Below are positions 46,701 through 57,686 of a stretch of 64,000 bases of DNA, piece by piece. The stretch is taken from assembly GCA_036867785.1 (NCBI GenBank), contig CP145423.1, positions 682,001 to 746,000 of the forward strand. Reading direction: 5' to 3'. This DNA comes from Plasmodiophora brassicae (lineage: Eukaryota). Each line of letters starts with the position of its first letter. Position 1 is the first letter of the stretch. The notes under the pieces were generated by a model. It ran no database searches and had not been told where the DNA came from. It saw only the letters and a program-made list of their open reading frames with translations. The position numbers and the translations under genes were made by a program.

Positions 46701-47207
46701 TGTAGTCCCGTGTCTGCAGACTCTTGACGGCACGTAATGACATAGAAACAGAATGACGTTTATCGATCGCATCGTCACGACGACGTCAGCCTCGCCACGT
46801 CATCGTGCTAAATCGGGGCACGCAGTTTGTCTAAATATAGTCCAGGACCGTCAGGTCAGGTGGCAGCACGTTGATGTAGGGAACGAGACGCTATAAATAG
46901 AGCCCCGCTCTACACTGCCTTTCTCCAAACTCGTGACCGGAATCATCGGTGAGCACGTAGTACGTAGATGGTGAAGTTGACAGAAGGTAGTGTGAGACTC
47001 GGAATCACCCAATACTCACTAAAAACCACCTTGTAACCCCATGGGAAAAATCGGTGGAAAATCCATTTACGGACACCCTTGCCACCAAACACCATCGGTG
47101 CAACGAAGACATAAGCGATGGTGCGCTCGACCCACATAGGTGGAGCCCGGTCCATATACATCTGGAAAGTATCATTCACCTAACTCAGCGGCCGACCCAC
47201 ATAGGTG
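46701..47207 (-). mobile_element. Gypsy A-family 3' LTR (46701-46914), PPT and part of the 3' UTR
   Basis: Reverse complement of 41095-41454 and 34625-34834. Confidence 0.88.
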
Positions 47208-50200
47208 TGTCGAGGATCATGTCGTACCACCGGCACACGGTGACACCGTGACAGTGCGCGACTGCGTAACGTCCTCGGCAGAGGCTCCGCCACTGACGCC
47301 GTTGTCGGTAACGGCTTGGCAAGCCCCTGTTACACAGCGTTACATCGCCACCGTCTCGCGCCGATGTCGGTCGGAATAAATCACTTCGTTATCGTCTTCA
47401 TCAGATTAACAGTCGTAAGCGTTCTGCGCGCTTCGAGGCGGTGAGCCCACCGGCGCCCCGCGCGCCGGTGCCATCCAGTGCCAGTCCCGCGTCACTGCGT
47501 CTCTGCCCTGACCCTGCTTCTGCACAACGCGCCACGAACGCCCGCTCGAGTCCGCGCCACGCGCAAGAGAGTCCAGGCAGATCGCGCCAGCAAGGCAGGC
47601 CGTCATTAAGGGGAAATCCAGAACCAGTACCGGGACGTAAGCGCCAGGCGTACGCCGGTCGTACGGGCCTCAATCGCTCGCCTCAATCGCTTCGCAAGAT
47701 AGCGTTGTCCGTCGGCGCAATCCGCGTCGACGTCGTTATAAGCCAGATCCAACACCCTGCGTGTCATCGTCGACCCCGCCTCAGCAAATTGCGCCATTCA
47801 TGTCACCTCTAGCTACGCCACGATCCGTCTCGTGCCGCGTCAACGAGCCAAGGCATACGAGCACGTGCAAGGCCGTGTTGTTCATGATCCAGAGTCAAAG
47901 GTCCAGCCGGGACACATCCGTTCGACCGTCTTCCGCATGCAACCGCGTGCCGTTGGAGGGGGCGTGTCAAGGACCATGTCGTACCACCGGCACACGGTGA
48001 CGCCGTGACTGTGCGCGACTGCGTAACGTCCACGGCAGAGGCTCCGCCACTGACGCCGTTGTCGGTAACGGCTTGGCAAGCCCCTGTTACACAGCGTTAC
48101 GTCGCCACCGTCTCGCGTCGATGTCGGTCGGAATAAATCACTTCGTTATCGTCTTCCTCAGCAGCATCCCCTCCCGAGCCTCCGTCACCTGCCGCTGCGT
48201 CATCGCCTTCCGAGGTCGTCCGACCGTCGCGCTCACCGTCTCCTGATGAGGTATCCACCGACGAAGATGATGATGACGCTGAAGATGATCCCGACTACGA
48301 AGGTTCGGCGTCCAGCAACGACTCTCCCAACGAAGCTGCCGATCCCGACGTCCACGACAATTCCGATGCTGCTGATATCGTCGACCACAATGTCATCGAC
48401 GTGCCACGCCCTCGCCGATCGAATCGTCGTCGTCAACCGCCTGGTGAATGGTGGAAGGCGCCGGAGGCGGCCAATCGTTCGTCGACACGGTGGTCCTCGA
48501 CGGTCGACGCCTGGTTCCAGAATCCGACCCTAACGTCCCCGACACAGCGCCCTCCTCGTCGCTCCCGCCGACTGATCCGGCATTGGCAGCAGGTTGAGGA
48601 GCGCCGTCTGATCGATCAGGCCATCAGGTCCAACCGTCCGACATGTCGCGGCGCCGCTGCCAAGGCATGTCGAGCCAAGGTATCCGCCCCGATCGACCCA
48701 GCCCGTCTACCACGACCCGACCTGTCGAAGCTGAAAGCGACCGACATTCCCGTACCCAACTCAATGGCCGATGCCCTCTCATCACCTTTCGCTGGCCACT
48801 GGTGGGACGCCGCCGTCACCCAGATGGCAACACTGGACGCCAAGGACACGTTCGGCCCGCTAATCGACCTGCCGAAAAGTAAGATCGCTGTTGGCGCCAA
48901 GTGGGTGTTCCGAGTGAAGTCCTCGCTCAGTGGCAACGGTGGCATCCGCAAGTTCACCGCCCGACTCTGTGCTCAGGGCTTCCGACAACGCCCCGGCATC
49001 GACTTCGACGATACGTTCGCGCCGACCGCCCGTGCCACTGCGTTCCTCGTTATCCTAGCGCTCGCGGCGCAGCACGGCCTGCATCTTCGCCAGGTCGACT
49101 GGGTGGCCGCATACCTGAACGCCGACATGCTCCATGATGTTTACATTCGTCAGCCGGATGGCTTCACCGATCATCACGTCCCGTACCGAGTTCGTCAACT
49201 GCAAAAGGCCCTTTATGGAACGAAACAAGGCGCCGAACGTTGGTACAAGACGCTTCGGGAGATGCTGTTATCACTCGGATTCGAATCGATCATCGCGGAC
49301 CCCTGCGTCTTCCGGTACGATCGCGATGGAAAGTTCATGATCATGTCGGTGCACACCGACGACGGTCTGCTGGCGTACAATGACGTCCCGTTCGCGGAAT
49401 CCGTTCTCGAGAAGCTCTCCACGATGGCCGAGATCACCGATCAAGGTGAACCGTCGACCCTGCTTGGCATGCGCATCCGACGCGAACCTGGCACCGGCGC
49501 CATCACCCTTGACCAAGCCGAGTACATCGAGAAGGTGTTGAGCGACTTCAACATGTCGCATTGTCATCCGGTCGACACGCCGCATCAGCCTGGCGTTCAC
49601 CTATCAACGACAATGAGTCCACAAAGCGACCTCGACCGCGACGAAATGGCGACCAAGCCGTACCTCAAACTTATTGGCTGCCTGACATGGCTCGCCCATC
49701 GATGCCGTCCCGACATCGCGTACATAACGAATGTACTGGCCCAATTCTCCTCGAATCCCGGCATCCAGCATTGGCGTGCGGGGCAACGCGTTCTTAAGTA
49801 CCTCGCCGGCACCATGACGCACGGCATCCGATACGAACGCCAGCCCGAAGATCGTCTGATCGCATACGCCGACGCTGATTGGGCATCCGGCCCTGACACG
49901 CGACGGTCGCGCTCCGGCCACATCATCCTGCTGGCTGGCGGCCCCGTGCACTGGCAGTCACGTCGCCAAGACCTGGGCGCAGTCAAAGTTAGCTTATCGT
50001 CCACACATGCAGAGATCAAGTCGCTGTGTGCTGTTACCCGCCAACTGGCCTGGATCCGGTCATTCCTGACCGAAATCGGCTTCGCACGCTCCAGTCCGAC
50101 GATCGTATACGAGGACAATCAAGGCGCGAAGGCCTGGTCTGGCTATCGTCGGATGGATGATCGCACGAAGGACATCGAGGTGCAGTTTCACTACACCCGG

Positions 50201-50990
50201 GAGGCCGTCGAGGCCAGTTTGATCGTGGTCCACAAGTGCCCGTCCGCCGAGATGGCTGCAGACTACCTCACGAAGCCCGCTCTCAGCACCTCGTATCATG
50301 CGAACCTGCTCCTGGCCGGCATCATCGACACAAGTCCCAGGCCGTGTGCTGCTGGAGGGGGCGTGTCGAACAACGTATCCACTACGACCAGCAGCACATG
50401 CCTGCAGCACGTGAACGCCGTCACGCACTCCGCGACTCCGTGCCCGCCGGCGTTGGCAACCGTTACACCGTCGGCGACTACGTCGCCACTGTAACGTCCG
50501 CCGCACACGCCGTACGTAATACATCCACTCCATTATTGTCTTACAAACTGCGTGCCCCGATTTAGCACGATGACGTGGCGAGGCTGACGTCGTCGTGACG
50601 ATGCGATCGATAAACGTCATTCTGTTTTCCGTGTCATCGTTTGACGTCAAGAGTCTGCAGACACTGGACTACAACCGTCGCCGGCGGGTCGGGTCCCAGC
50701 TTAGTTCGAAATACGTTCCAATACCTGAAGGCTAGCTTCGTGAGCTTTCTTCTCCACCATCGTGGAAGCCCGTTGCTGATGGATCGGCCGATCGCTTCTC
50801 TGATGCCTTCACGTATGTCCTCTGGAATGATGTCTCCTATTTCAACATCGTCGTACATCTGATCATCAGTTAGCGATTCGTTGTCGCTGGTTGCTTGCTG
50901 ATTCGCGATCAGATGCTCCAGAGCTGAGGCTGGATCTATTCCAAGGTCCTCAAGCAAATCGAGACCCAAGTAGATATGTTCTGCCGGCAC

Positions 50991-53900
50991 TAAGGAAGAC
51001 AATAGCGAAGTGACGTGTATTACGTACGGCGTTTGCGCAACGGCACGGTGGACGTTACAGTGGCGACGTAGTCGCCGACGACGTAACGGCTGCCAACGGC
51101 GGCGAGCGCGGAGTTTCGGAGTGCGTGACGGCGTGCTGCAGGCATGTGCTGCTGGTTGTACTGGACATGTTGTTTGACACGCCCCCTCCAGCAGCACACG
51201 CCCTGGTACCGGTGTCGATGATGCCGGCCAGGATCAGGTTCGCGTGATAAGAAGTGCTGAGGGCGGGCTTCGTCAGGTAGTCGGCGGCCATCTCGGCGGA
51301 CGGGCACTTGTGGACCATAATCAGACCGGCCTCGACGGCCTCTCTGGTGTAGTGGAACTGGACCTCGATATCCTTCGTTCGATCGTCCATCCGACGGTAG
51401 CCAGACCAGGCCTTCGCGCCTTGGTTGTCTTCGTGTACGATCGTCGGGCCGGGACGCGGGAAGCCGATCTCCGCCAGGAACGACCGGATCCAGGCCAGCT
51501 GACGGGTAACAGCGCAGAGCGATTTGATCTCAGCGTGTGTTGACGACAGACTAACCTTAACGGCGCCTAGGTCCTGGCGTCGCGACTGCCAGTGCACGGG
51601 ACCGCCGGCCAGCAGAATGATATGACCGGAACGGGAACGTCGCGTGTCCGGATCCGAGGCCCAGTCGGCATCGGCGTAAGCGACCAGGCGATCCTCGAGT
51701 TGCCGTTCGTATCGAATGCCGTGCGTCTTCGTGCCGGCGAGGTACTTGAGGACGCGTTGCCCCGCACGCCAATGCTGTATACCAGGATTCGACGAGAACT
51801 GGGCCAGCACGTTGGTGATATACGCGATGTCGGGACGGCACCGATGGGCGAGCCATGTCAGACATCCGATCAGCTTCAGGTAAGGCTTGTTCGTCATTTC
51901 GTCCCGTTCGATGTCCGTCTGTGGACTCATCGATTTCGTCAGGTGAACGCCAGGTTGATGTGGCGTGTCGACCGGGTGACAATGTGACATGTTGAAGTCG
52001 CTCAACACCTTGTCGATGTACTCGGCCTGGTCGAGCATGATGGCGCCGGTGGCAGGTTCGCGACGGATGCGCATGCCGAGCAGCGTCGATGGTTCGCCCT
52101 GATCCGTGATCTCGGCCATCGTGGCGAGCTTCTCGAGGACGGCCTCTGCGAAATCGACGTCGTTGTACGCCAGCAGGCCGTCATCGGTGTGCACCGACAT
52201 GACCATGAACTTGCCATCGCGATCATATCGAAGACGCACGGGTCCGCGATGATCGGTTCGAAGCCCAGGGACAGCAGCATCGAGCGAAGCGTCTTGTACC
52301 ACCGTTCGGCACCTTGCTTCGTACCGTATAGGGCCTTGCGTAGTTGGCGAACGCGATATGGGACGTTGTTATCAGTAAACCCATCGGGCTGGCGCATGTA
52401 GACGTCGTGGAGCATATCGGCGTTGAGGTAGGCGGCCACCCAATCAACCTGTCGAAGATGCAGCCCGTGTTGGGCTGCGAGCGCAAGGATGATGAGGAAT
52501 GCGGTGGCGCGAGCTGTCGGTGCGAATGTGTCGTCAAAGTCAATGCCGGGGCGCTGTCGGAAGCCCTGAGCGCAGAGACGAGCGCTGAACTTACGGATGC
52601 CACCGTCGCCACTGAGCGCTGACTTGACCCGGAACACCCACTTGGACCCGACAGCGATCTTACCTTTGGGGAGATCAACGAGCGGGCCGAATGTGTCCTT
52701 GGAATCGAGCGTCCCCATCTGCGAGACGGCGGCGTCCCACCAGTGGCCGGCGAACGGCGATGACAATGCCTCGGCCATCGAGTCGGGTACAGGGATGTCG
52801 GTCGCTTTAAGGCTCGACAGGTCCGGTCGCGGTAGACGGGCTGGATCGATCGGCGCGGGTACTCTAGCACGACATGCCTTGGCGGCGGCGCCGCGAGCGG
52901 GATTGCGGTTGGACCGTATGGCTTGATCGATCAGACGTCGCTCCTCGACCTGTTGCCAATGGCGGATTTGTCGGCGTGATTGACGAGGAGGGCGCTGCGT
53001 GATGAAGACGATAACGAAGTGATTTATTCCACTGACATCGGCGCGAGACGATGGCGACGTAACGCAGTGTAACAGGGCTTGCCAAAGCCGTTACCTGCAA
53101 CGGCGACGGTGGCGGAGCCTCTGTTGTGGACGTGACACAGCCGCGCACAGTCACAGCGTCATCGTGTGCCGGTGGTAGGACATGGTCCTCGACACTGCGT
53201 CGGTGGCGTTAGGGTCGGACTCTGGAACCAGGCGTCGACTGTCGAGGACCACCGTGTTGACGAACGATTGGCCGCCTCCGGCGCCTTCCACCATTCACCC
53301 GGCGGTTGACGACGACGACTCGATCGGCGGGGACGTGGCACTTCGATGGCATTGGGATCAACATCAGCTTCGGCGGCATTATCGTGGACGACGGGATCGG
53401 CAGCTTCGTTGGGAGAGTCGTTGCTGGACGCCGAATCTTCGTAGTCGGGATCATCTTCAGCGTCATCATCGTCTTCGTCGGTGGATACGTCGTCTATGCG
53501 GGCATTCAGAACGTCGGCTGACCGAGAAATGTGGCAGGCGCCGTCAGGCGCACGGGCGTCCGCGTTCTGGGACGCAGGGTCAGGAGACGGTGAACGTGAC
53601 GGTCGGACAATCTCGGAAGGCGATGACGCAGCGGGAAGTGAAGGAGGCTCGGGAGGGGCTGTTGCGATAGAGGATGCTAACGTCGATGGTAGAGGTGCCA
53701 TGATGGCGTCGGAAGAGATGGGCGTCGGGACGATCGTGTCAACGTTCGGCGCAGGGCTCGACTCGGGACTGGATGGTGGCGCTGATGATGAACTGGCCGA
53801 GGCCGATCTTCCAAAACCGAATGTGAACGAGTTCTCCAGGAATTCGGCAGTCGTGCTCTCGAACGTGTCTTCGCGGTCCACGTCGTAGAACCGCCACGCC

Positions 53901-56526
53901 TTCATGCCGGGCGTGAAACCGATGAACACAGCGCGAACACGACGAGGCTCCAACTTGCTCGGCTTCTTCGTGGCTGGATGTGGTCGCATGGCATAGGCAT
54001 CGCAACCGTAGACACGAAGGGCCGAGATGTTAGGTAGGGCGCGACGAGCTGCCTCGAACGATGTGCGACGTCCGGGAAGGACGGATCTCGGGTGGATGTT
54101 GTACAGGACGGCAGAGTAGGACAGCGGCCAGGGCCACGTGGAGTCGGGCATGTGGGCATGACACCGGATCGATAGCTCGATGCAACAGAGCGTGTAATTG
54201 ACGCTCTCGGCGCGGCCTATCTGTTCCGGTGTGTACGGGACCGACTTGCGGTGCAGGATGCCGGACGTGCTGTAGAACAGGACGCATGCCTTCGAGTTGA
54301 ACTCGCCGCCACCGTCGGTCTGGAAGTCCCCGATACCTCGCCCTTCCTGATTGCGAAGGCGCGCGTCGTAGTTCTTAATGACATCGAGGGCGTCCGATTT
54401 GCGGCGAAGCAGGTAGACCGTCAGGTAGCGCGTGGAGTCGTCCAGCATCGTCTGGTAGTACTCGAAGCCGCCAATGCCGAAAACGGGCCACCGACCGGAT
54501 AAGTCGCTGTGCACGAGATCGCCGACACGAAGTGCCCGCGACTTACTCGGAGGAAATGAGGAACGCTTACCTTTGACGAGGAGGCAGGCTTCGCATGGGC
54601 ACCGGTCCGAACGCTTGGGAATGGGGCCGTCGAATTTCATGCCACGACAGCGGTTCCGCAGGATGTTCAGATTGCCATAGCCGAGATGGCCGGTTCGTGC
54701 GTGCCACAGATCGGGAGATGCAACGGTGACCTTTTCGGCGCGACAGGCGATGTCGGATACGATCAGGGAACAGGCTGGTACAGTCGGTTGCGTGTTGTTG
54801 GTGGATGGAGCTGATAGTGCGATCCGGTACAGGTTGTCTTGTCCACGGGTGCTGATCGCCACTGGCTGCCCGGTGGGTGCCGTCCAGCTGTCCTTCGAGT
54901 AGATGGTCGCGGTGGCGCCGTCGAATACGATCTTGTGGCCTGATCGGGTGAGTTGTCCGACTGAAACAAGCGCTTGACCAAGTCGTGGGACGTGCAGTGA
55001 GTCGATACTCATCGCCTGGGCATCCTTGCCGAATGACATCACGCCCCGACCGGACGTAGTCGTTCGCGACAAATCAGCTAGTTCGACTTCTGGTCCAGAG
55101 ACGCGTCGATAACGGCTGAGATGCTGGCGCAGGGGTGTCATCGTTGTGGAACAGGCCGAGTCCAATAGTCCCATTGAGCTCGCGCTCGCGTCGATGGAGT
55201 GGCGTGCCGACAATGCACGCGTTGGCTCGGATGCCGGATCTGTCGGGAGAGCGCCAGACGATGGATACTCGTGGGACGTTGGTGACGATGTATTGCTGTT
55301 GTTGTTGTTGTTGTTGTCTCGATGCCAGATGTGCCGCTGCAGGCTGCATTCGCCATTCGTATGCTTCGATCCCGGATGAAAGACGCAGGACTCGTTACGT
55401 CGAGGTCCACGGGTACGTGTCGACGTATTGCAGCTGGATCGGTTGGCCGTCTGGAACGATTCTTGTCGGTCCCGCACGTCTCGGATGCGAATCTCTTCGC
55501 TCGTCAGTGACGCAACGACCTCGGAGACACTGGGCAGCGTGTCCAGTGCACGGTTGTGCAGGCCGGCGACGACCGCGTCCAGGTCGGATGATGCATTGGC
55601 CAGAATGAGGACGGCAACCAGAGCGTCAGTAAGGGACAGCATTTCGGTCGGTACCGTTGCGCGGACGCGATGAGCTGCTGCTTGAACTCTGGCCGCGTAA
55701 GTGGCGACTGATTCGCCGGGCGTGTGCTGGATCGTGACGAGGTCGCGGATGGCGCGCACGACCGATGCCAGCGACGACGGGCTGTACGCCTGGAACAGCA
55801 CGCGCCAGCACTTGGCAGCCGATCCTGCTTGAAACAAGGACAACGCAGACGCGATCTTGTGATCCAGCATGTGGACGAGTAGAATCTCGCGCGCGGCCGC
55901 CTCCAGAGCTGGGTCGTCCGTCGTACCGGTTGTAGCGGTCGGCGAGCCATCTTCGTTGATCCCGATGACGTTCGCGTATCCACGGTTGCGGAGCCAGAGG
56001 GCCGCGGTCTGAATCCAGGACGTGAACGAGTCTGGCGTTCCATCGAACTTGGGCAGCGGTAGCCGACCTGCGTCGCTTCGGGTGTGCGCCTCGGCGACCA
56101 TCGGCACGGACGGGATCGGTGGACAGCTGGGCGGGCGCGCCAGCTGCTGCTGCAGGATTCGAAGACGGTCGATCTTCTCCTGCCTTGCGACCTTTGCCTC
56201 CGCTTCGGCTAGACGGATGTCGATCTCGTCGATCGTCAGGTGATTCAACGGGTCGTCATCCGCGTTCGGCGTCGGCGTCGCCTGGCGCTCGGCCATGACG
56301 AGTAGAGGTAAAGCGCCTGCGCCTACGACTGTTAATCTAAGGAAGACAATAGCGAAGTGAAGTGTATTACGTACGGCGTTTGCGCAACGGCACGGTGGAC
56401 GTTACAGTGGCGACGTAGTCGCCGACGACGTAACGGCTGCCAACGGCGGCGAGCGCGGAGTTTCGGAGTGCGTGACGGCGTGCTGCAGGCATGTGCTGCT
56501 GGGTGTACTGGACATGTTGTTTGACA
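50991..56526 (-). mobile_element. Full-length Copia subfamily 2; 189-bp LTRs 50991-51179 and 56338-56526; TSD GGCAC; ORF from 56296 disrupted by a solo LTR and a frameshift near 52230
   Basis: GGCAC at 50986-50990 and 56527-56531. All Copia domains are present, and I see two differences between the LTRs. Confidence 0.95.
53001..53194 (-). mobile_element. Solo LTR of the TRIM family (diverged), TSD CTGCG
   Basis: Similar to 44175-44370; CTGCG on both flanks. Confidence 0.9.
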
Positions 56527-57490
56527 GGCACATCCCATACAAGACAGGTGTGCTTAGGAATCTGCAACTTCCCAGCACGTGTCTGCAGCGACAAGTCCAC
56601 TTTGATTTCGTGGGTGGCTTTCCCAATTGCTTGCTCACTGTCGGCTAGAATCAGTGTCACTGGTGCTTCCAATTCTCTCATGTCTGTGTTTGGATCCAAT
56701 TCGACAATTCGCATGGCCATCGACATCGGCATCAGCGTGCGCTCAGCTCCACTGTCAAGGATGCCCGGCCACTTGCCGCCTGTTTTTCCTACGCCAACTA
56801 CAATCTGATTGTCGCCATGACGTTCAGCGCTACTTTCTAATCGGGTGTCTACTTTCGACACTCGCATGTAGCCGCCACCCTGTGGTTTATTGCTGCTGGG
56901 GCGCGCCTCCTTGCGCGCTTCGCGCGTCTCCCGCAGCTTCTTGACGATGCGCTCCTTCTGGTCGTCTGAGGCTTTGGGACACTGTGTGAGACGGTGTTCC
57001 CCCTTGCAGAACCAGCATTGGGGCACTTCACCTTCCTCTTTGCCACGCTTCAGCTTCTTGAGGGCTTGTTCCTCCGCCGGCGTGGGCTGCTCCTTCTCCT
57101 TCCTCTTCTTGGGGATGGTGAGGGCGCTGCGTGGCGCGATCGCAGGCTGTCGCGACGCACCATCGAGACGGGACATGCTCTGAGCACGCCGCACCTCGTC
57201 GAAAGCAATAGCTTTCTCCTCAAGACGCTTGAAGAACGCGTCCGGATCCGACTTGAGGTGCTTTTCAGTCGTTTCCAGCAGCTCCTTCATGCGCGTCTTG
57301 AGCTCAGGTGTCACGACTGAGTCGTGTTGGCGACTCAGCCGGCACCAAATTGGGCTCCTTCGTAGCGCACTAGGTACAATAAACGTCCACGGCGCGGACC
57401 GACCTCAGTCGGTCAATCCGTGTGGTTGACACATCTTGCTCTGTCGTCACATTTTGACCGACTAACCTTCTGTCGTCGTCTTGTCTCGAC

Positions 57491-57680
57491 TCGTATCGTA
57501 TTGTGCCGTATCGTATCGTATTGTGCCGTATCGTATCGTATTGTGCCGTATCGTATCGTATTGTGCCGTATCGTATCGTATCGTATCGTATTGTGCCGTA
57601 TCGTATCGTTTTGTGCCGTATCGTATCGTATTGTGCCGTATCGTACCGTGCCGTACCGTTTCTATCGTTCGTATTGTATT
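57491..57680. repeat. Tandem 20-bp repeat (TATCGTATCGTATTGTGCCG) built from pentamers, in the T2 5' UTR
   Basis: Direct reading. Confidence 0.92.
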
Positions 57681-57686
57681 GCATTC

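Larger units (their letters stand above)
43433..48160 (+). mobile_element. Composite TRIM: outer LTRs 43433-43628 and 47965-48160 (TSD GCAGC), extra LTR 47208-47403 and ~3.5 kb of foreign sequence inside
   Basis: GCAGC at 43428-43432 and 48161-48165. The outer LTRs are the same variant and the inner LTR differs. Confidence 0.85.
41455..50542 (+). mobile_element. Ty1/Copia subfamily 1; LTRs 41455-41638 and 50364-50542; internal in-frame deletion; interrupted at 43433-48160
   Basis: ORF pieces 41682-43432 and 48166-50494 (RT HTDD, RNase H YADADW..ADYLTK). A small deletion at the right junction removed the TSD. Confidence 0.92.
34625..50673 (+). mobile_element. Gypsy A2: 5' LTR 34625-34834; 3' LTR 41386-41454 plus 50543-50673; TSD ACCG
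   Basis: ACCG at 34621-34624 and 50674-50677; PPT GGAGAAAGGCAG; the 3' LTR is split by a Copia. Confidence 0.93.

Noticed and set aside
21173-50494. RIP-like hypermutation of duplicated elements
   Set aside because: Duplicated Copia regions (23800-25450 versus 48170-49820) are nearly identical, with long open ORFs and no AT enrichment.
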